Shown piece by piece: positions 8,295 through 16,179 of a stretch of DNA of 32,000 nt. Source of the DNA: Deltaproteobacteria bacterium HGW-Deltaproteobacteria-3 (GTDB lineage: Bacteria > Desulfobacterota > Desulfobulbia > Desulfobulbales > Desulfurivibrionaceae). Both the position numbers and the translations under genes were made by a program. Location of the stretch: NCBI GenBank assembly GCA_002841785.1, contig PHAW01000009.1, positions 6,946-38,945 on the forward strand, written 5' to 3'. The notes under the pieces were generated by a model that was given only the letters and a program-made list of their open reading frames with translations, was not told where the DNA came from and ran no database searches. Positions within the stretch are counted from its first letter, which is position 1; each line of letters starts with the position of its first letter.

Positions 8295-9103
8295 TCTGCC
8301 CAAAACATATCCGAGCAATTTTTCTCCCTGCCCTTGTTCTCCTCTGCGGGGTAACCTTTTCCGGCTGCACCACCGTGCTCACCAGCACCCCGCCGCCCAA
8401 GGCGACACCGCCCCAGCCCAAACCCGCGGCCAAGGCGGGCCGCATTCCCGCCACGCAAAGGCCCTATCAGATAGAGGGCAAGACGTACTATCCGCTGCCC
8501 TCGGCCGAAGGATACATCGAAACCGGCACCGCCTCCTGGTACGGCAATCCATTCCACGGCCGCAAAACCTCAAACGGCGAGACCTACAATATGTATGATT
8601 GGACCGCAGCCCACAAGACCCTGCCCATGAACACCCGGCTTCTGGTGGAAAACCTCGGCAACGGCCGTTCCACCACGGTGCGGATCAATGACCGCGGACC
8701 TTTCGTGGGAAACAGAATCATCGATCTCTCCTACAATGTGGCCAGGGATCTCGGCATCATCAAGGACGGAACCGGCCGGGTCCGGGTCACCGCCTTGGGC
8801 GAAGCGGAAACCATCCAACTGGCCGACAACAAGACCGCAGCCCGTTTTCTGCCCCACGAGGATTTCCAGAAGGGTGATTTTTATGTCCAGATCGGCGCCT
8901 TCACCGTCCAGGAGAATGCCGACCGCCTGAAGGACAAGATGAACAGGGAGGGAAGAGAAACCGAGACCGTTCGCCATGAACGGGGCGATCAGGTCTTCTA
9001 CCGCGTTCAGGTCAAGGCAGGCTCAACCTTGACCGCGGCAAAACAGATGGAACAAACCTTGGCGGGCGCGGGCTTCCCCGAATCTTTCGTCGTCGCAAGA
9101 TAA
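8291..9103 (+). CDS. rlpA: Septal ring lytic transglycosylase RlpA (DPBB domain plus C-terminal SPOR domain), lipoprotein
   Basis: Lipobox LLCGVTFSGC. ASWYGNPFHGRKTSNGETYNMYDWTAAHKTLPMNTRLLVENLGNGRSTTVRINDRGPF is the classic RlpA core. FYVQIGAFTVQENADRL is SPOR-like. The start overlaps the upstream stop (ATGA, 8291-8294). Confidence 0.9.
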   Translation: MICPKHIRAIFLPALVLLCGVTFSGCTTVLTSTPPPKATPPQPKPAAKAGRIPATQRPYQIEGKTYYPLPSAEGYIETGTASWYGNPFHGRKTSNGETYNMYDWTAAHKTLPMNTRLLVENLGNGRSTTVRINDRGPFVGNRIIDLSYNVARDLGIIKDGTGRVRVTALGEAETIQLADNKTAARFLPHEDFQKGDFYVQIGAFTVQENADRLKDKMNREGRETETVRHERGDQVFYRVQVKAGSTLTAAKQMEQTLAGAGFPESFVVAR

Positions 9104-9215
9104 TTCTGCCAGCAGACAATTGCTTGACAGCCGGAGGCCGATCGTTATATCCCATAACCAAGGGACGCTCTCTTGTAGCGATTACGCCGTTCCCACTCTG
9201 CCGAGGAGGGCTGTC

Positions 9216-10253
9216 ATGATCTTCAAAGTCTTCAAAAATCAGGAGCTCGCCCGCCTGCATGAGCTGCTGGCCGTCAACATCGTTGTCGGTCCCGTTGCCA
9301 AGGGCAACGACCGCAACGGCAAGCCCCTGTATGATTTCGATGTGGTGTACGATTTTAACGAACTCGCCCTTGACTACACCCAGACGGTGCATTCGCCCAA
9401 ACGCTTTGTCCTGCCCTACCAGGAAACCTTGTCCACTTTTGCCGTAAACCGTAAGGACTGGGAAAAGCATGTGGATTTCAATGTCTACCGCCCCCTGGTT
9501 TTCTTCGGCATGCATGCCTGCGACATCAATGCCCTGAACAAGCTGGATCTGGTTTTGGCGCAAAGCACCTACCCAAACCCGTACTACATGGGCAAACGCA
9601 AAAACCTCTTCATCATCGGAATCGACTGCAAGCCGGAACCCCAATGTTTCTGCCGCTCCATGGGAACCGACTCCGCCATCCACGGCTTTGATGTTTTCCT
9701 CACCGACCTGGGCGGCAAATATTTTGCGGAAATCCTGTCGGCCACGGCCTTTGACTTGCTGGGCCAGATCAGTTGCCAGGATCCGAGCGCCAAGGATCTC
9801 GCTCTCTACAAGCAGGCAACCAACGGAAAGAACAAGCACTACACCGCCCAGGTGGAGACCTCGGACCTCACCAAAATCCTCGACCTTGAGTTTGAATCCC
9901 CGGCCTGGGACTACTGGGGCGAAAAATGCCTCTCCTGCGGCACCTGCGCCAACGTCTGCCCCACCTGCTACTGCTATGGGGTTGAGGAGCATGTCGATCT
10001 CGACCTGCAGCACGCAAGCAAGACCAAGTCCCTGCACTCCTGCAACCTCATCGACTTTGCCAAGGTGGCCGGCGGCCACAACTTCCGGCCCACAAGCGCC
10101 AGCCGGTTGAAATACCGCTACTACCACAAGCACCGCGGCTTCGTGGAGGCCTTTGAGGAGTCACTCTGCGTGGGTTGCGGCCGTTGCGGCACAGCCTGCC
10201 TTGCCGACATCACCCCCCCCGAAGTCATCGCCAGCGTCCGCGGCAAGGAGTAA
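9216..10253 (+). CDS. [NiFe] hydrogenase group 3b (sulfhydrogenase-type) beta subunit, 4Fe-4S dicluster protein (AsrA-like)
   Basis: CLSCGTCANVCPTCYC and CVGCGRCGTAC cluster motifs. Gene order beta-gamma-delta-alpha matches Pyrococcus hydBGDA. Start at ATG 9216 after GAGGAGGG; the track's start at 9120 lacks an SD. Confidence 0.75.
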   Translation: MIFKVFKNQELARLHELLAVNIVVGPVAKGNDRNGKPLYDFDVVYDFNELALDYTQTVHSPKRFVLPYQETLSTFAVNRKDWEKHVDFNVYRPLVFFGMHACDINALNKLDLVLAQSTYPNPYYMGKRKNLFIIGIDCKPEPQCFCRSMGTDSAIHGFDVFLTDLGGKYFAEILSATAFDLLGQISCQDPSAKDLALYKQATNGKNKHYTAQVETSDLTKILDLEFESPAWDYWGEKCLSCGTCANVCPTCYCYGVEEHVDLDLQHASKTKSLHSCNLIDFAKVAGGHNFRPTSASRLKYRYYHKHRGFVEAFEESLCVGCGRCGTACLADITPPEVIASVRGKE

Positions 10254-10256
10254 ACC

Positions 10257-11159
10257 ATGCACAACAAACTCCACTTCATCGACGTTCTCGGCAGAACCAC
10301 AGGCGCACACCGCAAGCAAGACCCGGACAGCTTCGAGTACACCCTGCCCGCCGAGATCACCAGCATCTACCCGCTCACCGCCAGCGAAAAACTCTACCAG
10401 ATCCAGATCATCGACCCAGAGCTGCGGAACCGTTTCTCCTTTAAGCCGGGCCAGTTCGTAATGCTGGAGCTGCCGGGCATCGGCGAAGCGCCGTTTTCCA
10501 TCTCCTCTTCCCCGGTGCGGCGCGGCGACCTCGAACTGTGCATCCGGGCGGTGGGCAATTTCACCAACTTTCTCGCCAAGATGGAGCGGGGCGCCAAGGT
10601 GGGGATAACCGGCCCGTTCGGCACCCACTTTCCCCTGGAGAAGATGCAGGGTAACGACATCCTGCTCATCGGCGGGGGGCTGGGCATCGTGCCCCTGCGC
10701 TCTCCCCTGCTGGCCGTGCTGGAAAACCGGAGCAGATACGGGAGGGTGGACATCATGTACGGCGCCAAGAGTCCGATGGAGCTGCTCTTCACCTATCAGT
10801 ACGAAGAATGGCGCCGGTTCGACATCACCCTCGGCATCACGGTGGATAAAGCGGACAAGGGCTGGAAGGGACGCACCGGCCTGATCACCGAACTCCTGCA
10901 GGAACGAATCAAACAGACAACCAGCCTGCGCGAAAACACCTATGCCATTGTCTGCGGCCCGCCGGTCATGTTCCATTTCGTTTGCAAGATGCTGACCGAG
11001 GCCGGACTGCCCATGCAGAAGATGTTCGTCTCCCTGGAGCGCCGCATGCACTGCGGCCGGGGCAAATGCTGCCGCTGCAACATCGGCTCGACCTATACCT
11101 GCCTGGACGGCCCGGTCTTTGACTACTGGTCGGTGATGAACCTCAAGGAGGCGATCTGA
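10257..11159 (+). CDS. [NiFe] hydrogenase group 3b gamma subunit, FAD/NAD(P)-binding oxidoreductase with C-terminal 2Fe-2S site (PyrK/AsrB-like)
   Basis: FKPGQFVML and RPFSISS-like flavin motifs, a LLIGGGLGIVP NAD(P) fold, and a C-terminal CGRGKCCRC...C cluster motif. Confidence 0.75.
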   Translation: MHNKLHFIDVLGRTTGAHRKQDPDSFEYTLPAEITSIYPLTASEKLYQIQIIDPELRNRFSFKPGQFVMLELPGIGEAPFSISSSPVRRGDLELCIRAVGNFTNFLAKMERGAKVGITGPFGTHFPLEKMQGNDILLIGGGLGIVPLRSPLLAVLENRSRYGRVDIMYGAKSPMELLFTYQYEEWRRFDITLGITVDKADKGWKGRTGLITELLQERIKQTTSLRENTYAIVCGPPVMFHFVCKMLTEAGLPMQKMFVSLERRMHCGRGKCCRCNIGSTYTCLDGPVFDYWSVMNLKEAI

Positions 11160-11160
11160 G

Positions 11161-12033
11161 ATGAGCGAACAACTCTCCTACCTCGGCGTCCCCCTTGCCC
11201 GGCCAAAGGTCGGGTTCTTCGAGCTTTCCTCCTGCGAGGGGTGCCAGTTGCAGCTTTTGAATAACGAGGCCACCCTGCTGGACTTCCTCAACCTGGTGGA
11301 GATCGTCAATTTCCGCGAAGGCATGAGCGAACGCGCCGACACCTACGACATCGCCTTTGTCGAGGGCAGCGTCACCCGCAAGGACGAAATCACCCGGCTC
11401 ACCGAGATCCGCAGAAACGCCAAAATCCTGGTCGCCCTTGGTTCCTGCGCCTGCTTCGGCGGGGTCAATCAGCTCAAAAACCGCTTCCGCGATCTGGAGT
11501 GGGTAAAAAAAGAGGTGTACGGCGACTTTCCCATCGAGACCATGGAGGTGCATCCCCTGGCGGACTTTGTCCAGGTGGATCTTTCGATCTTCGGCTGCCC
11601 CATAAAAAAAGAAGAAGTCGAAAGAATCGTCACCGATCTGGTGGTGGGCAAGACGGTGCGACATCCGGAATACCCGGTGTGCATGGAGTGCAAGGCCAAC
11701 GAGAACATCTGCCTGTTCGAGCTCGGCGAGCCCTGCCTCGGCCCGGTCACCCGGGCCGGCTGCGATGCCTGGTGCCCCAGCAACCGCAGAGGGTGCTGGG
11801 GCTGCCGCGGCCCGGCGGAAACGGCCAACCTCACAGAGCTGGAAAAGATCATGCACACCTACGGTTTTGACAGCGAGACCATCCTCGACCGGTTGGAATG
11901 TTTCGGCGGCTTTGCCTCCTTTGCCGACACCCTCCGCCCCAAAAATATAGCTGAGTTGAGCAGCTTGCCTGCGCAAACGAAACTTATACCCTCTGGGTGC
12001 AAAAAAGTCCCGGCCAGGAGGAAAAAACCATGA
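11161..12033 (+). CDS. [NiFe] hydrogenase small (delta) subunit, cytoplasmic type without Tat signal
   Basis: FELSSCEGCQ, ALGSCACFGG, CMECK and GCWGCRGP Fe-S ligand motifs. No twin-arginine leader. The stop overlaps the large-subunit start. Confidence 0.8.
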   Translation: MSEQLSYLGVPLARPKVGFFELSSCEGCQLQLLNNEATLLDFLNLVEIVNFREGMSERADTYDIAFVEGSVTRKDEITRLTEIRRNAKILVALGSCACFGGVNQLKNRFRDLEWVKKEVYGDFPIETMEVHPLADFVQVDLSIFGCPIKKEEVERIVTDLVVGKTVRHPEYPVCMECKANENICLFELGEPCLGPVTRAGCDAWCPSNRRGCWGCRGPAETANLTELEKIMHTYGFDSETILDRLECFGGFASFADTLRPKNIAELSSLPAQTKLIPSGCKKVPARRKKP

Positions 12034-13304
12034 AGCTCTCCTGCGAGGTCAATGTCCACCACCTGACCCGGGTGGAAGGACACGGCAACATCCAAATCAG
12101 CATCAAGAACGGGGTGGTCAAGAAGGCGCAATGGGAGGTGGTGGAAACTCCCCGCTTCTTCGAGGCCATGCTGGTGGGCAAGCACTGGGAGAATGCGCCC
12201 TATATCTGCGGGCGGATCTGCGGGATCTGCTCCATCGGCCATACTCTGGCCAGCATCCGGGCGGTGGAAAACGCCTTCGGCATCACCCCCACGACCCAGA
12301 CCGCGAACCTGCGGCTCCTGCTCAAGCACATGGAAACCCTGCAGAGCCATATCCTGCACCTGTACTTTCTGGCGGCCCCGGATTTCCTCGGCGCGGGCAG
12401 CGTGCTGCCCCTGGCCACAACCCACCCGGAGGTGGTGCAGCGCGCCCTGCGCCTCAAGCTGCTGGCCAACGATGCCTGCGACATCATCGGCGGCAGACGG
12501 TTGCACCCCACCCGCACCGTGGTGGGCGGCTTCACCATGCTCCCGGAAAAAGGCGAGCTGGAAAAAATCCGCCAGCGGCTGCTGGCCTCGGTTCCCGACC
12601 TTCTCGCCTCGGCGGAACTGTTTAAAACCTTTGCCATCCCGGATTTCAGCCGGGAAACGGAATTCGTTTCCCTCAAGGGCGACACCAGCTATCCCTTTAT
12701 CGGCGGCGGGTTGGTTTCAACCGATGGGGTAGTCAAAAAAGAAGACCAATACCGGGCCATGACCAACGAATACTGCACACAGGGCTTCACCTCCAAGCTG
12801 AGCAAACTCTCCCGCCGCTCCTTCGCCGTTGGCGCCCTGGCGCGCCTGAACAACAACTTTCCCTTGCTGCATCCCACGGCGCGGGAGATCTCTGAATTTC
12901 TCGGCCTTGTTCCGGTCAACCACAACCCGTACATGGGCAATGTGGCCCAGTTGGTGGAATGTGTTCAGGTGGTTCTTGATTCCATGCGGCTCATCGACAC
13001 CCTGCTGGGCAGCCCATGGCAGGAGCCTCGCCAGCAGGTACAGGCGAAAAAAGGGGAAGGGGTCGGCGCGGTGGAAGTTCCCAGGGGCATCCTCTACCAT
13101 TATTATAAATTCGACACGGACGGCAAGGTGATCAAAGCGGATTGCGTTATCCCCACCAGCCAGAATCACGCCAACATCCTGCACGACATCGAGGCGCTGG
13201 CTGGCCAGTATGCCAAAACCGGCAAGCAAGACCGGGAGATCGAACTGCTGGCGGAGATGCTGGTCAGGGCGTACGACCCCTGCATCTCCTGTTCGGTCCA
13301 TTAA
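12030..13304 (+). CDS. [NiFe] hydrogenase large (alpha) subunit
   Basis: N-terminal RVEGHG and RICGICSIGH (CxxC Ni ligands); C-terminal DPCISCSVH (DPCxxCxxH). Start at ATG 12030 after GGAGGAAAAAACC, an ATGA overlap with the delta-subunit stop. Confidence 0.9.
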   Translation: MKLSCEVNVHHLTRVEGHGNIQISIKNGVVKKAQWEVVETPRFFEAMLVGKHWENAPYICGRICGICSIGHTLASIRAVENAFGITPTTQTANLRLLLKHMETLQSHILHLYFLAAPDFLGAGSVLPLATTHPEVVQRALRLKLLANDACDIIGGRRLHPTRTVVGGFTMLPEKGELEKIRQRLLASVPDLLASAELFKTFAIPDFSRETEFVSLKGDTSYPFIGGGLVSTDGVVKKEDQYRAMTNEYCTQGFTSKLSKLSRRSFAVGALARLNNNFPLLHPTAREISEFLGLVPVNHNPYMGNVAQLVECVQVVLDSMRLIDTLLGSPWQEPRQQVQAKKGEGVGAVEVPRGILYHYYKFDTDGKVIKADCVIPTSQNHANILHDIEALAGQYAKTGKQDREIELLAEMLVRAYDPCISCSVH

Positions 13305-13427
13305 GCGTTCCGGTTTCCCGTGCGGCACGGCATCCCTCGCCAAACAACACTGTTTCCAACGCAAAAATTAATTCCAAATTTACCGCAACAGGGTATGATG
13401 ATCAGTATTTCATAAAGGATTCAATGC

Positions 13428-14093
13428 ATGCCAACTGACAACTCTGCCAACACCAGCGACCAGAACCGCCGGGAAAATTTCCGGATCGATGATCTGCTGG
13501 CAACCTCGGTGCAAAAAATCGACAACGGAGTCCTGCCCGTGTCCAGGGTCATTCCCGTGGCCCTTTCCGACTCCGGCAGTCTCGGGGCCGGCCTGAAGCC
13601 TTTTCCCCACGAAATCGACCCCTCCTTTGCCCTGATGCTGCTTGAGGCCAACACCAAGCTGGACTTGCTGTTCAAGTTTTACAAGCTGTCACGGTACAAC
13701 GAGGAGAAAAACCTCAAACCCTCCTTGGCCCAATTACTCCTCCAGGTAAACAGCAAGCTGGACAGCCTCCTCGATTTTCATCTCATCGCCAGACCGCAGG
13801 AAACAACCCGGGTTGGAGAGGTCAGCCTCAGTGCGAGCGGCATCAAACTCACCTCCCACGAGACCCTTGCAGCCGGGGACCTCGTGGAGGTTCACATGCT
13901 TCTCTCCACGGACCAGCCCTGCTGGGTTGTGGTCGGCGGTTCGGTTGCGCGGGTGCATCCGCTCCCGGAAGGAGGCAACCAGGTGGCCATCCAGTTTACC
14001 GCAACAAACGGAGCCATCCAGGAGGCCATCGCCACCTATGCCCTCCGGAAACAAAAAGAACAACTCATGAATCAGCGCTGGCTGGAGCCTTGA
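13428..14093 (+). CDS. PilZ-domain protein (putative c-di-GMP receptor) with a helical insertion
   Basis: N-terminal RRENFR (RxxxR) and, about 115 residues later, VSLSASGIKL (D/NxSxxG-like with S in first position). A beta-barrel-like C-terminus ends in an amphipathic helix. The insert contains two copies of LLxxNxKLDxL. Confidence 0.55.
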   Translation: MPTDNSANTSDQNRRENFRIDDLLATSVQKIDNGVLPVSRVIPVALSDSGSLGAGLKPFPHEIDPSFALMLLEANTKLDLLFKFYKLSRYNEEKNLKPSLAQLLLQVNSKLDSLLDFHLIARPQETTRVGEVSLSASGIKLTSHETLAAGDLVEVHMLLSTDQPCWVVVGGSVARVHPLPEGGNQVAIQFTATNGAIQEAIATYALRKQKEQLMNQRWLEP

Positions 14094-14177
14094 GCTTTCC
14101 GGTTTTCGGAAAGGATATCCTGATCCGCCCCCACGCCATCAATACCATAGAAATTCCATAGGGAAACAAAGACCAAT

Positions 14178-14960
14178 ATGCTCACAATCATCGGCATAGC
14201 AGTTGTTTTAGGGTCGGTCATCGCCGGCTACGCCATGGCAAAAGGCAATTTCCACGTCCTTTTCCAACCCGCCGAAGTAGTCATCATCTTCGGCGCCGCC
14301 ATCGGCAGCCTGATCATTTCCTCGCCGACCAAAGCGCTGAAGGTCATTATCGGGCATCTCGGCGGCATCTTTTCCGATTCCCACATGAACAAGGCGCATT
14401 ATCTGGAGCTGCTGCTGCTCATGAATGCCGTCTTTTTCATCATGAAGGACCGCGAAGCGGCCGATTTCATCTGCGATACGGTGCGCACCATGCTCAGCGC
14501 CAATTACCCGGCCTACGAACTGGACAATCTCATGGAGATCGACCTTGAGGCCAACCAGCATGAGCGGATGCTGCCCGCCCACAGCATCACCCGGATAGGC
14601 GATGCCCTGCCGGGCCTGGGCATTGTCGCGGCGGTGCTCGGCATTGTTGTCACCATGGGATATATCAACGAATCCGCCGAGGTTCTCGGCCACCATATCG
14701 GCGCGGCTCTGGTCGGCACCTTTTTCGGCGTGCTTGCCTGTTACGGATTTGTCGGGCCCATGGGGACCAAGCTGGAACACCATGCCCATGAGCGCGAGAC
14801 CTATCTGCGGGTGATCAAGACCTCGCTGCTCGCCGCGTATTCCACCAGCTTTATGGTCCAGTTCGCCGTTGAGGCCGGGCGGCGCGCCATCCCCGGAGAC
14901 GATCGCCCCTCTTTTATCGAGGTTGAGGAGGCCATCAAGAAGTGGAAGACAAAAGCATAA
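14178..14960 (+). CDS. motA: MotA-type stator proton-channel protein
   Basis: Collinear by eye with E. coli MotA: LFQPAEVVIIFGAAIGS, DALPGLGIVAAVLG, ALVGTFFGVLACYGFVGP, ERPSFIEVEEAI. At 260 aa it is ~30 aa shorter, in the TM2-TM3 cytoplasmic loop. Confidence 0.85.
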   Translation: MLTIIGIAVVLGSVIAGYAMAKGNFHVLFQPAEVVIIFGAAIGSLIISSPTKALKVIIGHLGGIFSDSHMNKAHYLELLLLMNAVFFIMKDREAADFICDTVRTMLSANYPAYELDNLMEIDLEANQHERMLPAHSITRIGDALPGLGIVAAVLGIVVTMGYINESAEVLGHHIGAALVGTFFGVLACYGFVGPMGTKLEHHAHERETYLRVIKTSLLAAYSTSFMVQFAVEAGRRAIPGDDRPSFIEVEEAIKKWKTKA

Positions 14961-15829
14961 TCATCAAGAAGGTCAAGAAGGTCCAGGGCGGCGGCCACCA
15001 TGGCGGCAGTTGGAAGGTGGCCTTTGCCGATTTCATGACGGGCATGATGGCTTTTTTCCTTCTCATGTGGCTGGTCAACATGACCACCACGCCGCAAAAG
15101 GAAGAGCTCGCCAAGTATTTCCAGGAGTACAGCCTCTTTGCCGAGGGCGGCGCAGGCGGAACCACCCAGATGATCTCCACGGAACAAGCACAACCCGCCG
15201 CGCAGATCACCATCACCCAGACCCCGCCGGCCTCGGGAGAAACAGAAGGCGAAGCCAGCCCGGCAGGTTTGGAGCAGCTTAAAAACAAGCTGGAACAGGA
15301 GATCGAACAGCGGCTCGCGGACCTTAAGGATCAGGTCCGCATCGAGGTTGTTGAAGGCGGGATCAAGGTGGACATCATGGACAAGGAAGGAAACCCCATG
15401 TTCCCTCTCGGCAGCACGACCCTGACCGAAAGCGGCAAAAAAATCCTCAAAGTGCTCTGCGACAACATCAAGAGCACCTCAAGCCGCGTTGAAATCGAAG
15501 GACACACCGACGCCGTGAGCTACGCGAACAGAGAATTCGGCAACTGGGAGCTTTCCACGGCCAGGGCCTCGGCCGCCCGGGTCGAAGTGGAAAAAAACGG
15601 CATCCCTTCCAGCCGGCTCCGCCGGGTCTCCGGTTATGCCGCCACGGAACCGATTATCAAGGAAAACCCTTTTGACCCCCGTAACCGGAGGATAAGCCTG
15701 CGCCTCTATCCGGAAAAACAGAGCAAGACCCCAACCCCGGCCCAGCCGCAGTCTCAGCCGCAGCAGAGTCCTCCGGCCCAGGTCTCTCCCAAATCCGTAC
15801 CCCAGGTTCATCCGGCGCCAATGCAATAA
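14942..15829 (+). CDS. motB: MotB-type stator protein (OmpA-like peptidoglycan-binding C-domain, P/Q-rich tail)
   Basis: GGSWKVAFADFMTGMMAFFLLMWL (TM helix with the conserved Asp). IEGHTDAV...NWELSTARA is the OmpA-like domain. GTG start with GAGGAGG upstream; overlaps the motA end by 19 nt. Confidence 0.88.
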   Translation: MEDKSIIIKKVKKVQGGGHHGGSWKVAFADFMTGMMAFFLLMWLVNMTTTPQKEELAKYFQEYSLFAEGGAGGTTQMISTEQAQPAAQITITQTPPASGETEGEASPAGLEQLKNKLEQEIEQRLADLKDQVRIEVVEGGIKVDIMDKEGNPMFPLGSTTLTESGKKILKVLCDNIKSTSSRVEIEGHTDAVSYANREFGNWELSTARASAARVEVEKNGIPSSRLRRVSGYAATEPIIKENPFDPRNRRISLRLYPEKQSKTPTPAQPQSQPQQSPPAQVSPKSVPQVHPAPMQ

Positions 15830-15867
15830 ACACAGCGGCGGAAGCCTCTGGCAAACGAAGCAGCAGT

Positions 15868-16179
15868 TCAGCAACAGGAGCCGCCGCCCGGCTTTTCCTC
15901 AATCGCGCAGCAGGCTTCGCTGCCACGGCCAAGCATGGCATGGAATACCGCCTGGGCGCAACCGACCCCGCTTTGCACCCAGATCACTCCGGCGGGGCAA
16001 TTCATCATGCAGGCTCCGCACTCCATGCAGGCGTCCTGTTCGCTGATCCGCGCCTTGCCGTGCGCCATGACAAAAACCTCCTGCGGACAGACCGCCAGAC
16101 ACATGCCGCAGCCCATGCAGCCATCCTGCTCCAGCCGCAGGGTGGCAACTCCCCTGAGATACAGTTGCCTTCTCCTCAT
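15868..16179 (-). CDS. hgcB: Mercury methylation ferredoxin HgcB (2x[4Fe-4S])
   Basis: CMGCGMCLAVCP and CMECGACMMNCP cluster motifs, a GVGCA cysteine, and a C-terminal ...GGGSCC vicinal Cys pair. ATG 16179 overlaps the hgcA stop (ATGA). I trimmed 13 residues from the track's N-terminus. Confidence 0.88.
   Translation of the reverse strand: MRRRQLYLRGVATLRLEQDGCMGCGMCLAVCPQEVFVMAHGKARISEQDACMECGACMMNCPAGVIWVQSGVGCAQAVFHAMLGRGSEACCAIEEKPGGGSCC

Noticed and set aside
9012-11976. Minus-strand ORFs of 373, 296 and 277 aa opposite the hydrogenase genes
   Set aside because: Same reasoning. The plus-strand genes carry Fe-S, FAD and Ni-ligand motifs and are tightly coupled. The antisense frames have none.
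12030-13304. Possibility that the hydrogenase is a [NiFeSe] enzyme, given the Sec usage elsewhere in the window
   Set aside because: The C-terminal motif is DPCISCSVH with Cys codons (TGC/TGT), and the large subunit has no in-frame TGA.
14178-15829. MotAB-like pair as a Zorya (ZorAB) defence module or as ExbBD/TolQR
   Set aside because: MotA here is 260 aa and collinear with flagellar MotA, with no long ZorA-type tail. MotB has the plug/TM Asp and an OmpA-like domain. No zorC/D-like or tonB/tolA-like genes are adjacent.
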